DNA of 64,000 nt from Selaginella moellendorffii (taxonomy: Eukaryota > Plantae > Lycopodiophyta), in NCBI RefSeq assembly GCF_000143415.4, contig NW_003314414.1:91626-155625 (forward strand), in the 5' to 3' direction. A program made the position numbers and the translations under genes. Numbering within the stretch: position 1 is the stretch's first letter; each line of letters begins with the position of its first letter. Shown piece after piece: positions 51,868 to 61,595 of the stretch. A model generated the notes under the pieces. It was given only the letters and a program-made list of their open reading frames with translations, made no database searches and was not told the origin of the DNA.

Positions 51868-53016
51868 TGTAGCGCACGTGGTTTTGACCCTTTATCCTAT
51901 GGTGATTTACCATAGGATAACACCACGAAGCGGAACCTAAACCCTCTTTGTGCCACGTGACAGATGCCACATGTCACATGCCACGTGTCCATGCCATGTG
52001 TCCATAGGAACCTGAAGTTCAGGGCCTTGGGCCACTGAACGAAGGAACGGTGCCAAACTCCCAAGCATGGAGCCAAGGAGTGACGGAACCGAACCACGGA
52101 GCAACTCCCGAGCATAAAGCCCAAGGAGCGAAGGGACAAGAGCCCGGAGCGACTTGGAACAGTCCTGGAGCAACCAGCATCCCAATGCCAGGACCAGCGC
52201 ACAAAACGGAGCCAAACAGAGTTTGGCGCTATTTCGGCATACCGGTGGCCTAACGCGAGGACATGGGTACTCCACCAACTAGCATGGAATGGAACTTGGG
52301 CTTAGACCCAAGCCGGATGCAGAACAAGGACAGGCACGCAAGCGGGAAGTAGACTATGCCTCAGGTTGGTCGGCCATGCCCGACCTACCCACTATCCCTA
52401 CTATACATTTGGAACCCCCCACAGCCCCCCGCCCCCTTGAGGAACACACGCTTTGGGCTTTCACCCCAAGCCTCCCTTAGTATCAGGAGTTAGTCTCTGG
52501 GACAAGCTTGAAACTTACTAAATGTGGAATGTCCCTAGGTTGTGAATTTGGACACGGGACGAACACCATTGTGTTCAGGATGATCTTTACATTCTGTAGA
52601 TATGCCAAATGAGCAAATCTGGACACTTTCCATAAATAGCATTTGGGATCGAAATGAAACCAACACAAAGGGCATGATAGCGAGGGTGTTTGGCAGACAC
52701 GGTAAGCTATCATGTAACGATATTGAGGGACCAATCTCAATACGCGAGGGTTCTTGTCAAGCCAGTGCAAGACAGAGCAAAAGAGAACTAACAAGCCGGG
52801 CCAAGTATGCTCAGCTAAATAGACACTTAGGAATTCCTTCCTTATGCTCATTCGGCCAAGTACAGATGCAAAGTCCAGTTTACTAACACTTGAACAAGAG
52901 GGGCTAATAAAGGGAACCAGCAATACCGACTTCCTGCCATCGTGGCAGTAAGGTAAGAGTGTCCGTAAGGACTGGTCGACAAGTAACTTTCGATACCCGA
53001 AGTCACATTCGCGACA
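51868..53016 (-). repeat. 5' LTR of LTR element copy 2, inserted into the Penelope-like RT
   Basis: Full LTR with TG...CA ends; RT coding sequence resumes at 53017. Confidence 0.9.
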
Positions 53017-53951
53017 GAGATTCAATGCAAGCACGCTTTATCATGGCTGCTGCAGGACTCATCCTTGAACACAATTATGTTGAGTTCGATGGGAGTTATT
53101 TCCTTCAAATCCGAGGCACTGCTATGGGGTCAAACTTTGCTGTGGTGTATGCTTGCCTTTTTCTTTGTTCCCTCAAGGACGAATTTAAGGCCACCTCTTC
53201 TAAATGGCCAATATATCTTAAGAGATATATTGACGATGGTGTTGGAATTTGGGATGGATCAAAAGAGAGCTTGGAATGCTGGTTGGCTAGCTATGGAAGC
53301 CTCTGCAATTCTATAAAGATCACCTCAGTGATCTCATTTGAATCTATGGATATTCTAGACATCCATTTTTTCAAAGGCCCACGTTTTGAGAAATGCAGGT
53401 GCCTAGACTCCACCACCTTTCAAAAGCCACTAAATGCATACCAATATCTTCCATGGAACTCAACGCATCCTCGACACCAAAAGATTGCCTTTATTCGTGC
53501 TGAACTTCGGCGTTACCTCCTACGAGAGAGTAACCCTGAGAGCTTCTGTGCAATTTGCAAGCTTTTCTATACTCGTCTCCGTGCACCTGGATACCCAAGA
53601 GCCTTTCTTATTGAAGCTTTCCGGACAATCCATTATACGGACCGAGATAATGTGCTCTACTCTCCATCACGCAAATCCAGTAGCAATAGTCTACAGGCCC
53701 CCCTCATTTTCAAGCTGCCTTATACTCTCCATAGTGCAGCACTTGATGTGGGGAACACCCTAAACCCTAAACAGGTGATTTCTGAAGTTCCATCAGACTC
53801 ACTCCCCAGAGTGATCACATGCTTCCCCAAACCTTGCTTCCCACTTGGTTTCAGCAAGACTCCCACCATATGGATAAGCTACCTTGGACTTGCCCAAGCT
53901 ACCTCTTGCAAACTCGGAGTGGAATATTCCTGGAATATTCTGATGCTTTGA
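53017..53951 (+). pseudogene. Penelope-like element reverse transcriptase, C-terminal part; no GIY-YIG endonuclease visible
   Basis: NYVEFDGSYFLQIRGTAMGSNFAVVYACLF, YLKRYIDDGVGIW, DILDI, FQKPLNAYQYLPWNSTHP, GYP are PLE-type RT and thumb motifs. Confidence 0.88.
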
Positions 53952-54218
53952 AATATTTTTTGAGGTTAGCTATTAAACATGATGAGAAACAATTAGGACG
54001 TGCTGCATGGCTGATATCCATCACCATCACCGTTCACAATATACTGCTATGAATAAGCTACCTCTTGCAAAGTCGGAGTGGAATATTCCTGGAATATTCT
54101 GATGCTTTGAAATAACTTTTGAGGTTGGCTATTAAACATGATAAGGAACAATTAGGACGTGCTGCATGGCTGATATCCATCACCATCACCGTTCACAATA
54201 TACTGCTATGAATAAGCT
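53896..54218 (+). repeat. Two-unit tandem repeat, 159-bp period, in the PLE 3' region
   Basis: aagctacctcttgcaa... starts at 53896 and again at 54055. Confidence 0.85.
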
Positions 54219-54711
54219 TCACACCACTAAGCTTGTTTATTTCCTATTTCAGTCTTTGAAATTTTCAACTTTTTTGAAATTTCAATTGATTATTATATCT
54301 TGTGCCTTGCACAGTGATGTCATTGAAGTTCACATCTATTCTCTACAAACAAAATTTGAGGGAAATATACTGAGCTAATTAAAATCACCACCACCTCTTC
54401 TCTGAAATTTTTCTGAAATTTCAAGGGACTATCACATCTTGTGCCTTGCACAAAGATGTCATTAAAACTCATATTTTATTTTCTACAAACCAAAATTTGT
54501 AGAAAATAAACTCATAATAATAGCAATCAATACCACCATCATAATATATAAGATAAGTGGCTAGTGACAACCAAGTCTGTGAGGCTGTTCCTCCAAGCTT
54601 GCCTGCTTGAAATTCTAAAACAGTTGGATATTTTCAAAGCTTCTTGAATATTCTTAAGGCATCTGGGTATAAATAGAGGAAAAGAGGGGCTAGGTTAGAC
54701 CATTTTCATGG

Positions 54712-54765
54712 CGACTACACCCGGCTGATGAGTCCCAAAAAGGACGAAACCGGTCTCGGGTTGTC
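54712..54765 (+). ncRNA. Minimal type I hammerhead ribozyme, copy 1
   Basis: cccgg-CTGATGA-gtcc caaaaa ggac-GAAA-ccgg-TC-tcggg; predicted cleavage after GUC at 54755. Confidence 0.9.
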
Positions 54766-54918
54766 ATGCCAATGTATTTCCTTTCCCTTTAGTGAATTTT
54801 TCATTATAAATTTTCTCTAGTTTTTCCTCTTATCTCAGATTGCCATAGCCGATCTCCAGTATTCTTGAGTTCCACTGGATCAAGCAATGTGGAGTGCTTT
54901 TGGCTAATCGCAATTCCA

Positions 54919-54948
54919 AAACCCTAAACCCTAAACCCTAAACCTAAA
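54919..54948 (+). repeat. Telomeric repeat (AAACCCT)3+ between the two ribozymes
   Basis: aaaccctaaaccctaaaccctaaacctaaa read directly. Confidence 0.9.
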
Positions 54949-54986
54949 TCGGTCGGCACTGAGCTAGGGTTAGGGTAGACACTAGA

Positions 54987-55040
54987 CGACTACACCCGGC
55001 TGATGAGTCCCAAAAAGGACGAAACCGGTCTCGGGTTGTC
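54987..55040 (+). ncRNA. Minimal type I hammerhead ribozyme, copy 2
   Basis: Identical 54-nt repeat of 54712-54765; predicted cleavage after 55030. Confidence 0.9.
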
Positions 55041-55064
55041 TCTTGTCCTCTCCCTCGCTCACGA

Positions 55065-57590
55065 ATGAATGAAAATTCATTCCCTCGCCTCCTCTACTTG
55101 CTCTCGATCACGCCGTTTCGACAACGGCACACGGAGAATGTGGATTGCATAAAGTGGTGCCGCGATCTCGCCTTGAGACAGGGTGGAGATAGCACAGATT
55201 GTCTACACTTGGTCTTGCCGAAGCTTGCAAGTGGTGGTATAGTCTTTTGGAACAGTGAGCAGTTCACGGAACAGGTGTGTCGAGAGTCAGCACAGCGAAT
55301 CCAGCAAGAAGTCTTGCAGCTAACTCACCAACTAGAGGATGGGGTAGACGTGGGGAACATCTCTCTGTGGGACGCACGTCGTGCAGCTCTCGCAATTCTA
55401 ACAGAGAACCTCAGGACTCGGAAGGACTGGGCAGCTGGCACACTCCCTGCTTATGGGAATGCGTCAAGTTCATGCCCAGCTGGTGGGAACCCCTCGTCCC
55501 ACCCAGAAACTCTTGCAGATGTGGCCGGGCTCATCCCTGATCCAGTACATGCAAGAGTACAGGAGGAAATACACCAGGTGGACCCTGCGCACTTGCAACA
55601 AGTGAGGAAATCAGATCCAGACTCTCCCACAACACCACATGAGGAGCAGAAGGAGTCGCTTCCCTCTCCATTCCCACGACTCGACAAGGCAGGGATGCTG
55701 GTCTGGGACCCTTGCCACTTTGAGGAAAGGATCCAAAGTTCTCCGCTTCCAGTACGCAAAGAACTCCAGTCAACATTGATGTGCACAATCAGAGAGCTGG
55801 ACCTGAACCCTTTGGGAGAGGACCTCGTGTTGGGACCTGCACTGCATCAAGCTCAAGAATTAATCACGAAGGCAGTGGCCACACAGCAAGCGGATCTCTT
55901 TGATGCATGGGCGCAAGAGCAAGGTGGCAAGGTGGATACCATGCCAACACCAACAGTTGAAGAGGGACTCGAAGAGCCAGAAACGGAGCCAGAGACGGAG
56001 CGCTCACTGGAGGAACAGTCAGATGGCACACGTCAGTTCCAGGACCGTGATGCCTTCAACAAGAGGAAGACCAAACGTGAGAAGAAGAAAGTGAAGCGAG
56101 CAACGCGGCGGAAGCTTAAAACTCTGAGACTTGCCAAGGAGGACCCGGCCTGGACAAACACAGTTGAAGCCTTTCTTGAGGAGGAGCACGCTCCGCCAGA
56201 CAAGAGGACAAAGTCTCGGGTGCACCAGAACCAAGAGGTTGACACCCCAGAGCGAGTGGCAAAAGCCCAGTCGAGAGTGAGGAAGACTCGGGACTGCAGA
56301 AAGGTGGTGGAAGCGCTGCACTCCTCGGACGGGAACAGTGATGTCAACAAGGAGCACACCTCACATAACGTGAACGGGGGAACACCTGGTCAGGCCGGAG
56401 TGCACAATGTGGCAGGAGCAGGGGAAGGTGGAAGTGACTTGATCCACGACGACACAAGAGGAAAGGCGGTCCCTGTCAAGCTGGCTGAGACTCTGCAAAG
56501 AGCAGTAGCAGAGAAGGAAGAGGAACTCCGCAAGAAGGCACTGATCGCTGTTTTCAGGGGGAAGTTCCCAACAGGTCGCATGGCTAACGATTGGATCAAT
56601 GCAACGCTAGGCCAGGGAATCCTCATGAAGATGATGCTGCCACATGGAAAGGGCTGCTACACAGTTGTCTTTGAGACAGAGGAGGCATGGTCTCAGGCGG
56701 AGGCCATGCATGGCCTCATTGACGAGAATTGGGTGGTGTCATTCCACCCATGGATCCCAAGGTTCACCGCAGAGGACCAGGCTCGTCTCAAGGGCGGGAG
56801 CTTTCCAGTGAACATTGCATTGTGGGACGTTCCCATGGAAATGCGGATCACACTGGTGATACAGGAGCTGGTTGAAGGAAGTATCGGCCAGATAGCGGCC
56901 GGCCTCGACACTGTAGAAGCAGAGGGTGTTCTAGGTCCCATCCGCCTCAAAGTTTTCGTGTCAGCCCCGGCTGAAATCCCGACAGAGATCGCAGTGCTGG
57001 ACCAGTATATCAGGATCCAAACGGAGAACTCAGAACCTAGATGCAACTTTTGTCAGCGTGCTGGACACCGGGAGGAGGCCTGCTCAGTCAAGCGGAACAG
57101 GTTGGCATCCCAGAAGCCGTTTGAGTTACCTGCAGAGCAGGAGCGGATCTTGAAGGCACGCCCTCCGGACCAAGCTCCCCACATTCGCTTCCCAGTCGCC
57201 CCACCACTCTTGGGCTCATCCTCACAGCCCAAACTGTTCGAGGGACCTATTACGGATGTCGAAGGAGATGGCTTCCAGCTGGTCCTCCCTCGAACAGTAG
57301 GAATGGTGGTCAGGTGGATTCCCCCTAAGCGGGAATTAAGTCCCACAGAGGCAGGAGACTGGCTGATGTGCCGCGGGAACACAGCCTTCCCAGAGGTCGT
57401 CACTATTGGAGACTACCACACACGCATGGAGAGTGCTATCACTGAGTGGATGGGCTTTGCGAAGTACACTGTCCGAGGCTTCTCTTGGATGAAGCACAGG
57501 GGGAAGATGACTGCGGTGTGGACCATCTCCACAGAATGGAGGGCGAGACCCCGTAACTCCTCACTTTCTTGGAAGTACGTGGCTCCATGA
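55065..57590 (+). CDS. LINE-2 ORF1 (CCHC zinc knuckle)
   Basis: 841-aa ORF with CNFCQRAGHREEAC. Confidence 0.8.
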   Translation: MNENSFPRLLYLLSITPFRQRHTENVDCIKWCRDLALRQGGDSTDCLHLVLPKLASGGIVFWNSEQFTEQVCRESAQRIQQEVLQLTHQLEDGVDVGNISLWDARRAALAILTENLRTRKDWAAGTLPAYGNASSSCPAGGNPSSHPETLADVAGLIPDPVHARVQEEIHQVDPAHLQQVRKSDPDSPTTPHEEQKESLPSPFPRLDKAGMLVWDPCHFEERIQSSPLPVRKELQSTLMCTIRELDLNPLGEDLVLGPALHQAQELITKAVATQQADLFDAWAQEQGGKVDTMPTPTVEEGLEEPETEPETERSLEEQSDGTRQFQDRDAFNKRKTKREKKKVKRATRRKLKTLRLAKEDPAWTNTVEAFLEEEHAPPDKRTKSRVHQNQEVDTPERVAKAQSRVRKTRDCRKVVEALHSSDGNSDVNKEHTSHNVNGGTPGQAGVHNVAGAGEGGSDLIHDDTRGKAVPVKLAETLQRAVAEKEEELRKKALIAVFRGKFPTGRMANDWINATLGQGILMKMMLPHGKGCYTVVFETEEAWSQAEAMHGLIDENWVVSFHPWIPRFTAEDQARLKGGSFPVNIALWDVPMEMRITLVIQELVEGSIGQIAAGLDTVEAEGVLGPIRLKVFVSAPAEIPTEIAVLDQYIRIQTENSEPRCNFCQRAGHREEACSVKRNRLASQKPFELPAEQERILKARPPDQAPHIRFPVAPPLLGSSSQPKLFEGPITDVEGDGFQLVLPRTVGMVVRWIPPKRELSPTEAGDWLMCRGNTAFPEVVTIGDYHTRMESAITEWMGFAKYTVRGFSWMKHRGKMTAVWTISTEWRARPRNSSLSWKYVAP

Positions 57591-60500
57591 CAACTCTCAC
57601 GCTCGTCACCTGGAACTGCCGGGGACTCAGCTGGACTGGCAATTGACTCAACAAAAGGACGCAGCTCAAGTCCCACATCCGGGAGATCAGCTTAGAAGGA
57701 GATATAGACATCCTATGCTTGCAAGAGCACAAAATGACTGTGGCCCCAGACTACACCTTTGGAATGAGGGGACGGCTCTGGTGGAACCCGGCCACGCAAG
57801 CAGTGGCCAGACCAGGAGGGGGCACAGCAGTGGTAGTCTCAACCAAATGGTCTGCTCAGGTACGAAACCACCTTGTCCTCGTCCCAGGAAAGGCTCAATT
57901 GCTTGTCCTTCACCTCCACTTTGGACGGGTGGGGATAATCAACGTCTATGCACCAACGAAGAAAGGGAGACGTGCAGAATTCTGGCTGAGTGTGTTACAG
58001 TCTGCCCAGGGGCAAGCAGATGAATGGCTGGTCTTGGGAGATTTCAACATGGTCGAGGACGTCTGTGATCGCAGGGGTATGCAGGAAACAATTCAGCCAC
58101 GTGAACAGAAGTAGTGGAGTCAGCTCATGGACATACTGGGGCTCATGGACCTTCAGCATGCTGCGGGATTCGCACCTCACGCTCACCCTTTTACAAGGCG
58201 ACAGACAGTATCCTCCCAGTCGAGACTGGACCGGATTTACGCCTCATCTCGCATACGGCAGGATGGGGGAAGCCTTAAAACGTGGCTGGGATTTGCCTCC
58301 TTCTCAGATCACGACCCCCTCAGATGCGTGATCCAGCTCCAAAGGGACAAAGGGACAGCGGTCCAGCGATCAATCACTAGAGCCACGCTGCGAGACCCGG
58401 TGGCGATTGGGCTTATACACGACGCTCTTGCGCAGAACAAGCTGGGGCTGATCCCTGTGCTCTTGTCTTGCTCACAGAAGCTCCGGGCGCGCCAGAAGGA
58501 TCTCAAAGGGGCGGTGATGAAGGACCTTAGACTGGCCAGGAAGAAAGTCGCAGCAGCACACAGGATGTTGCTGAACACGCAAGATGAGTTCAAGTGGCAA
58601 ACAATACTGGATGAACGTGAAGCCGAGCTACGTGACATGGAGTACACTGCATGGAGCAAGGGCGTCCGGGCCATGGAAGATGGATGGGCCCTAAATGAAC
58701 GCCTTCTCAACAAGGCGTTCTTTAGGGGAATCAGGCCAGTGACGGACTCTCCTCCCATTCTAGGACTGAAGCACAGTGACGGGCGAGTCGTCGAGGACCA
58801 ACAGGGGATGCAACAGCTCGCCCAGGAGTTTTACCAACTTCTATATACGGCCCAGCAGTGGACTCCAGAGAGGGAAAGGGCGGCGGTGGAAGTGCTTGCG
58901 TCCCTTCCCCAGCGAGTCCCCCATGAGTGGCACGACTCACTGAAGACGGACTTCACACTGGAGGAGCTTCGGGAAGCGCTCGGGAAGCTCAGCAACGACA
59001 AGCAGCCAGGTATCGATGGCCTCTTGCCCATTTTCTTCGAGGAGCACTGGGAGACCATAGGCCCGCTGCTGCTACAAGCATGGTGGGATGCTCAACGTGA
59101 TGGGACCTTGCCTCGTGAGATCCTTGAGGGCCAGATTGCGCTTATTCCAAAGAGGGGGGACCTGCAGGAGCTGAAGAATTGGAGGCCAATCACCATGCTC
59201 AACACGTCCTACAAGGTCTACGCCAAAGCAATGACCCTCAAGCTCCAAGCTGTCATGCCGCTGATCATCCGGGAGCAGCAGACAGGGTTTGTTCCAGGGC
59301 GGCATATCGCAGAAAACATCTAGACGTACCTGCTGGCTCAGAGATGGGCAGAGATCTCTAACCAACAAACTGCAGCATGGCTATTGGACTTCGAGAAGGC
59401 CTACGATCGGGTGGACTGGAGGTTCCTAGAGGAGTGCATGAACACGATCGGCATCCCGAGAGAGATGGTCGCTAGGATCTCGTTACTGTACCGAGGAGCC
59501 GCAAGCAGAGTCACAATCAATGGCGAGACGGGACCGAGTTTCCAGCTGGGACGTTCAGTACGCCAAGGGTGTCCACTAGCACCCTACCTTTTTCTGATTG
59601 TGGCTGAGGCCCTGGGCACGTTTCTAGCGGAAGGCAGACGCATTAAAGGACTCACACTGCCGGCTGCGAGACAGCAACTTCTGGGAACCACAAGGGTGTC
59701 TCGGGAACTCCTTGATGGTGCTTTTGCGGACGACACTGCCTTGTTCCTACTTGCGACTAAGGAGAACATGGATGCAGCTAAGAAGGCGTTGGAGACGTTC
59801 AACCTCGCGGCTGGTGCAGCAATTAACTGGAACAAATCAGTGGGCATAAATTGGGGGCGACCAGGCATCGAATCCTGGGGGCAGGACATCGGCTTCCAGT
59901 GGCTCAAACCAGGAGAAGACGCTAGGTACCTGGGGATCCAGGTTGGTACTCGGTTCAGTGCAGCACTTCAGGATGACACCTTGCTCCGACGGGTACGAAC
60001 GTCAATCCAGAAGTGGGCTCCCCGGAAACTCGGCTTGCCAGCGAGAGTGGTAGTCGCTAGGAGCATCATTCTGCCCGGCATCTGGTACCACCTCTCCATC
60101 TGGCCTGTTCCAGAATGCACTCTTAGAAAGGTACGCACGATGGTCCGTCAGTATTTGTGGCGGGGCGCTCTGGTCACAGGGAGGAGCATGGCCAAGGTCA
60201 CGTGGCAATCTACAGCACGTCCACGAGTCTTGGGAGGACTTGGAGTAATCGATCCGAGTGACATGGCGAAGGCGCTACGGTACAAAATCCTTCTCATGGG
60301 CCTTCAACCAGGTAATCAACCTTGGAGACTCATGTTTAGGCAGAACTTGTTGGCAATCCGGCCCAAGCACAACACTGCAAGACCGTGGGAAGAAGATCCA
60401 CGTTGGCTCTTTGCCGAGGGGCCGAAACAAGTAGTCAAGGGCGGCACTCTAGTCCAGGGGTTTCTCCGGTTATGGAGTGCGTTTACAGTCAGCAGGGAAT

Positions 60501-61595
60501 TGCCAGGGCGAGCGGAGGACTGGTTGAACCAGCCCCTGTTCTTCAACGACCTCTTCAAACTGGATGATAGGACGCTGGGCAGGGAGGACCACTACACAAT
60601 CTGGAGAAAGCTACATAGCGCAGGCTTCCGAACTCTCAAGCAGCTGGTGCGGGTTCTGGACAAGGACAGGAGGAAGACTACGAGGCATATGCAGGTCTTT
60701 AACCCGGGACGGTGGAGGAAAGTCCACCTTGATCTTCTTCGCATTATCAGAGCAGTGAGTGAGGCGAAGCAGGGGCAGCTCTGGCCTAGGCGTTGTCTGA
60801 AATCTGGAGACTTTGTGGCTCTGCAACGGGACGTGGAGCCAAACAGGGAACGAGTTAGCTTGGGGGCCTGGACACGGGCGTTTACAGCCCCAACACCAGC
60901 TTGGGAGGACAGGGATGTGGAGGTATGGTTCGTTATGTCTCCATACCAAAATGTTGGACGTCCTTTTCGAGTCTTGAGAGGCGACATGCTGTTGCCAGCA
61001 GGGGACGAACAGGTCATGCCGATGGTGACGGATGACGAGGTCAAGGGTAGGATTCGAGTAATACGACAGGCTCCGAAGCAATCGGTGGTGGTTCAATCGT
61101 TGGCTGCACTAGAGGGGGAAGGCATTCTTAGATGGTGGCGACAGCAGCTCATCGAGGATCTGGATTGGGACCCCGCAGCATGGAAACGAGGAGCGAGGAG
61201 CTTCTTCTCCTTCGACGTCAAGGAAGCAAGGGATGGTCTCTTGACCAGCAGGGAGGAGGCCCGAGGGGAGATCCCCAAGCTCTGGAAGAAATGGATCGAG
61301 CAAGGAGTTGAAGCAAATCAGGTGGTGGGCAACACGCTTGCGTTCTGGAAACTACCGGTACAGGAGAAAGTCAAGGCCACCTCTTGGTTGGTGGCAAATA
61401 ACGGGCTGCCGGTAGGACAGCGGTTCCAAGAAGAAGCATGCCGACGGTGCAAGGAGTGTGGCGAGCTGGAGACAGCGCGACATGTCCTATGGGAATGCGA
61501 CGTGGCGAGAGAAGTTTGGCGACAGATCTTCAAGGCGACGCAGGAACTCGGAGACATTCCAGAGTTTGAGGCTCGGAGTGGGGATATCCTCCACT
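57587..61595 (+). pseudogene. LINE-2 ORF2 (APE endonuclease + RT + zf-RVT) with three in-frame stops
   Basis: One frame from MTTLTLVTWNCRG through CLQEH, GDFN, SRLDRIY, SDH, NWRPITMLN, DFEKAYDRV, RQGCPLAP, FADD and CKECGELETARHVLWEC. Stops near 57644, 58112 and 59321. Confidence 0.92.

Larger units (their letters stand above)
40218..53016 (-). mobile_element. Non-autonomous LTR element copy 2 (internal 40218-41581 and 48960-51867; 5' LTR 51868-53016); 3' part cut by the DNA transposon
   Basis: Internal region homologous to 11217-15483; PBS complement gctccgatacca at 51854-51865; LTR tgtagcg...gcgaca. Confidence 0.87.
55041..61595 (+). mobile_element. L1/Tx1-type LINE (LINE-2), interrupted at 61595 by transposon copy C
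   Basis: ORF1 and ORF2 overlap at ATGA 57587-57590. Confidence 0.88.

Noticed and set aside
52959-53016. N-terminus of the 330-aa PLE ORF
   Set aside because: It is LTR sequence that happens to be in frame.
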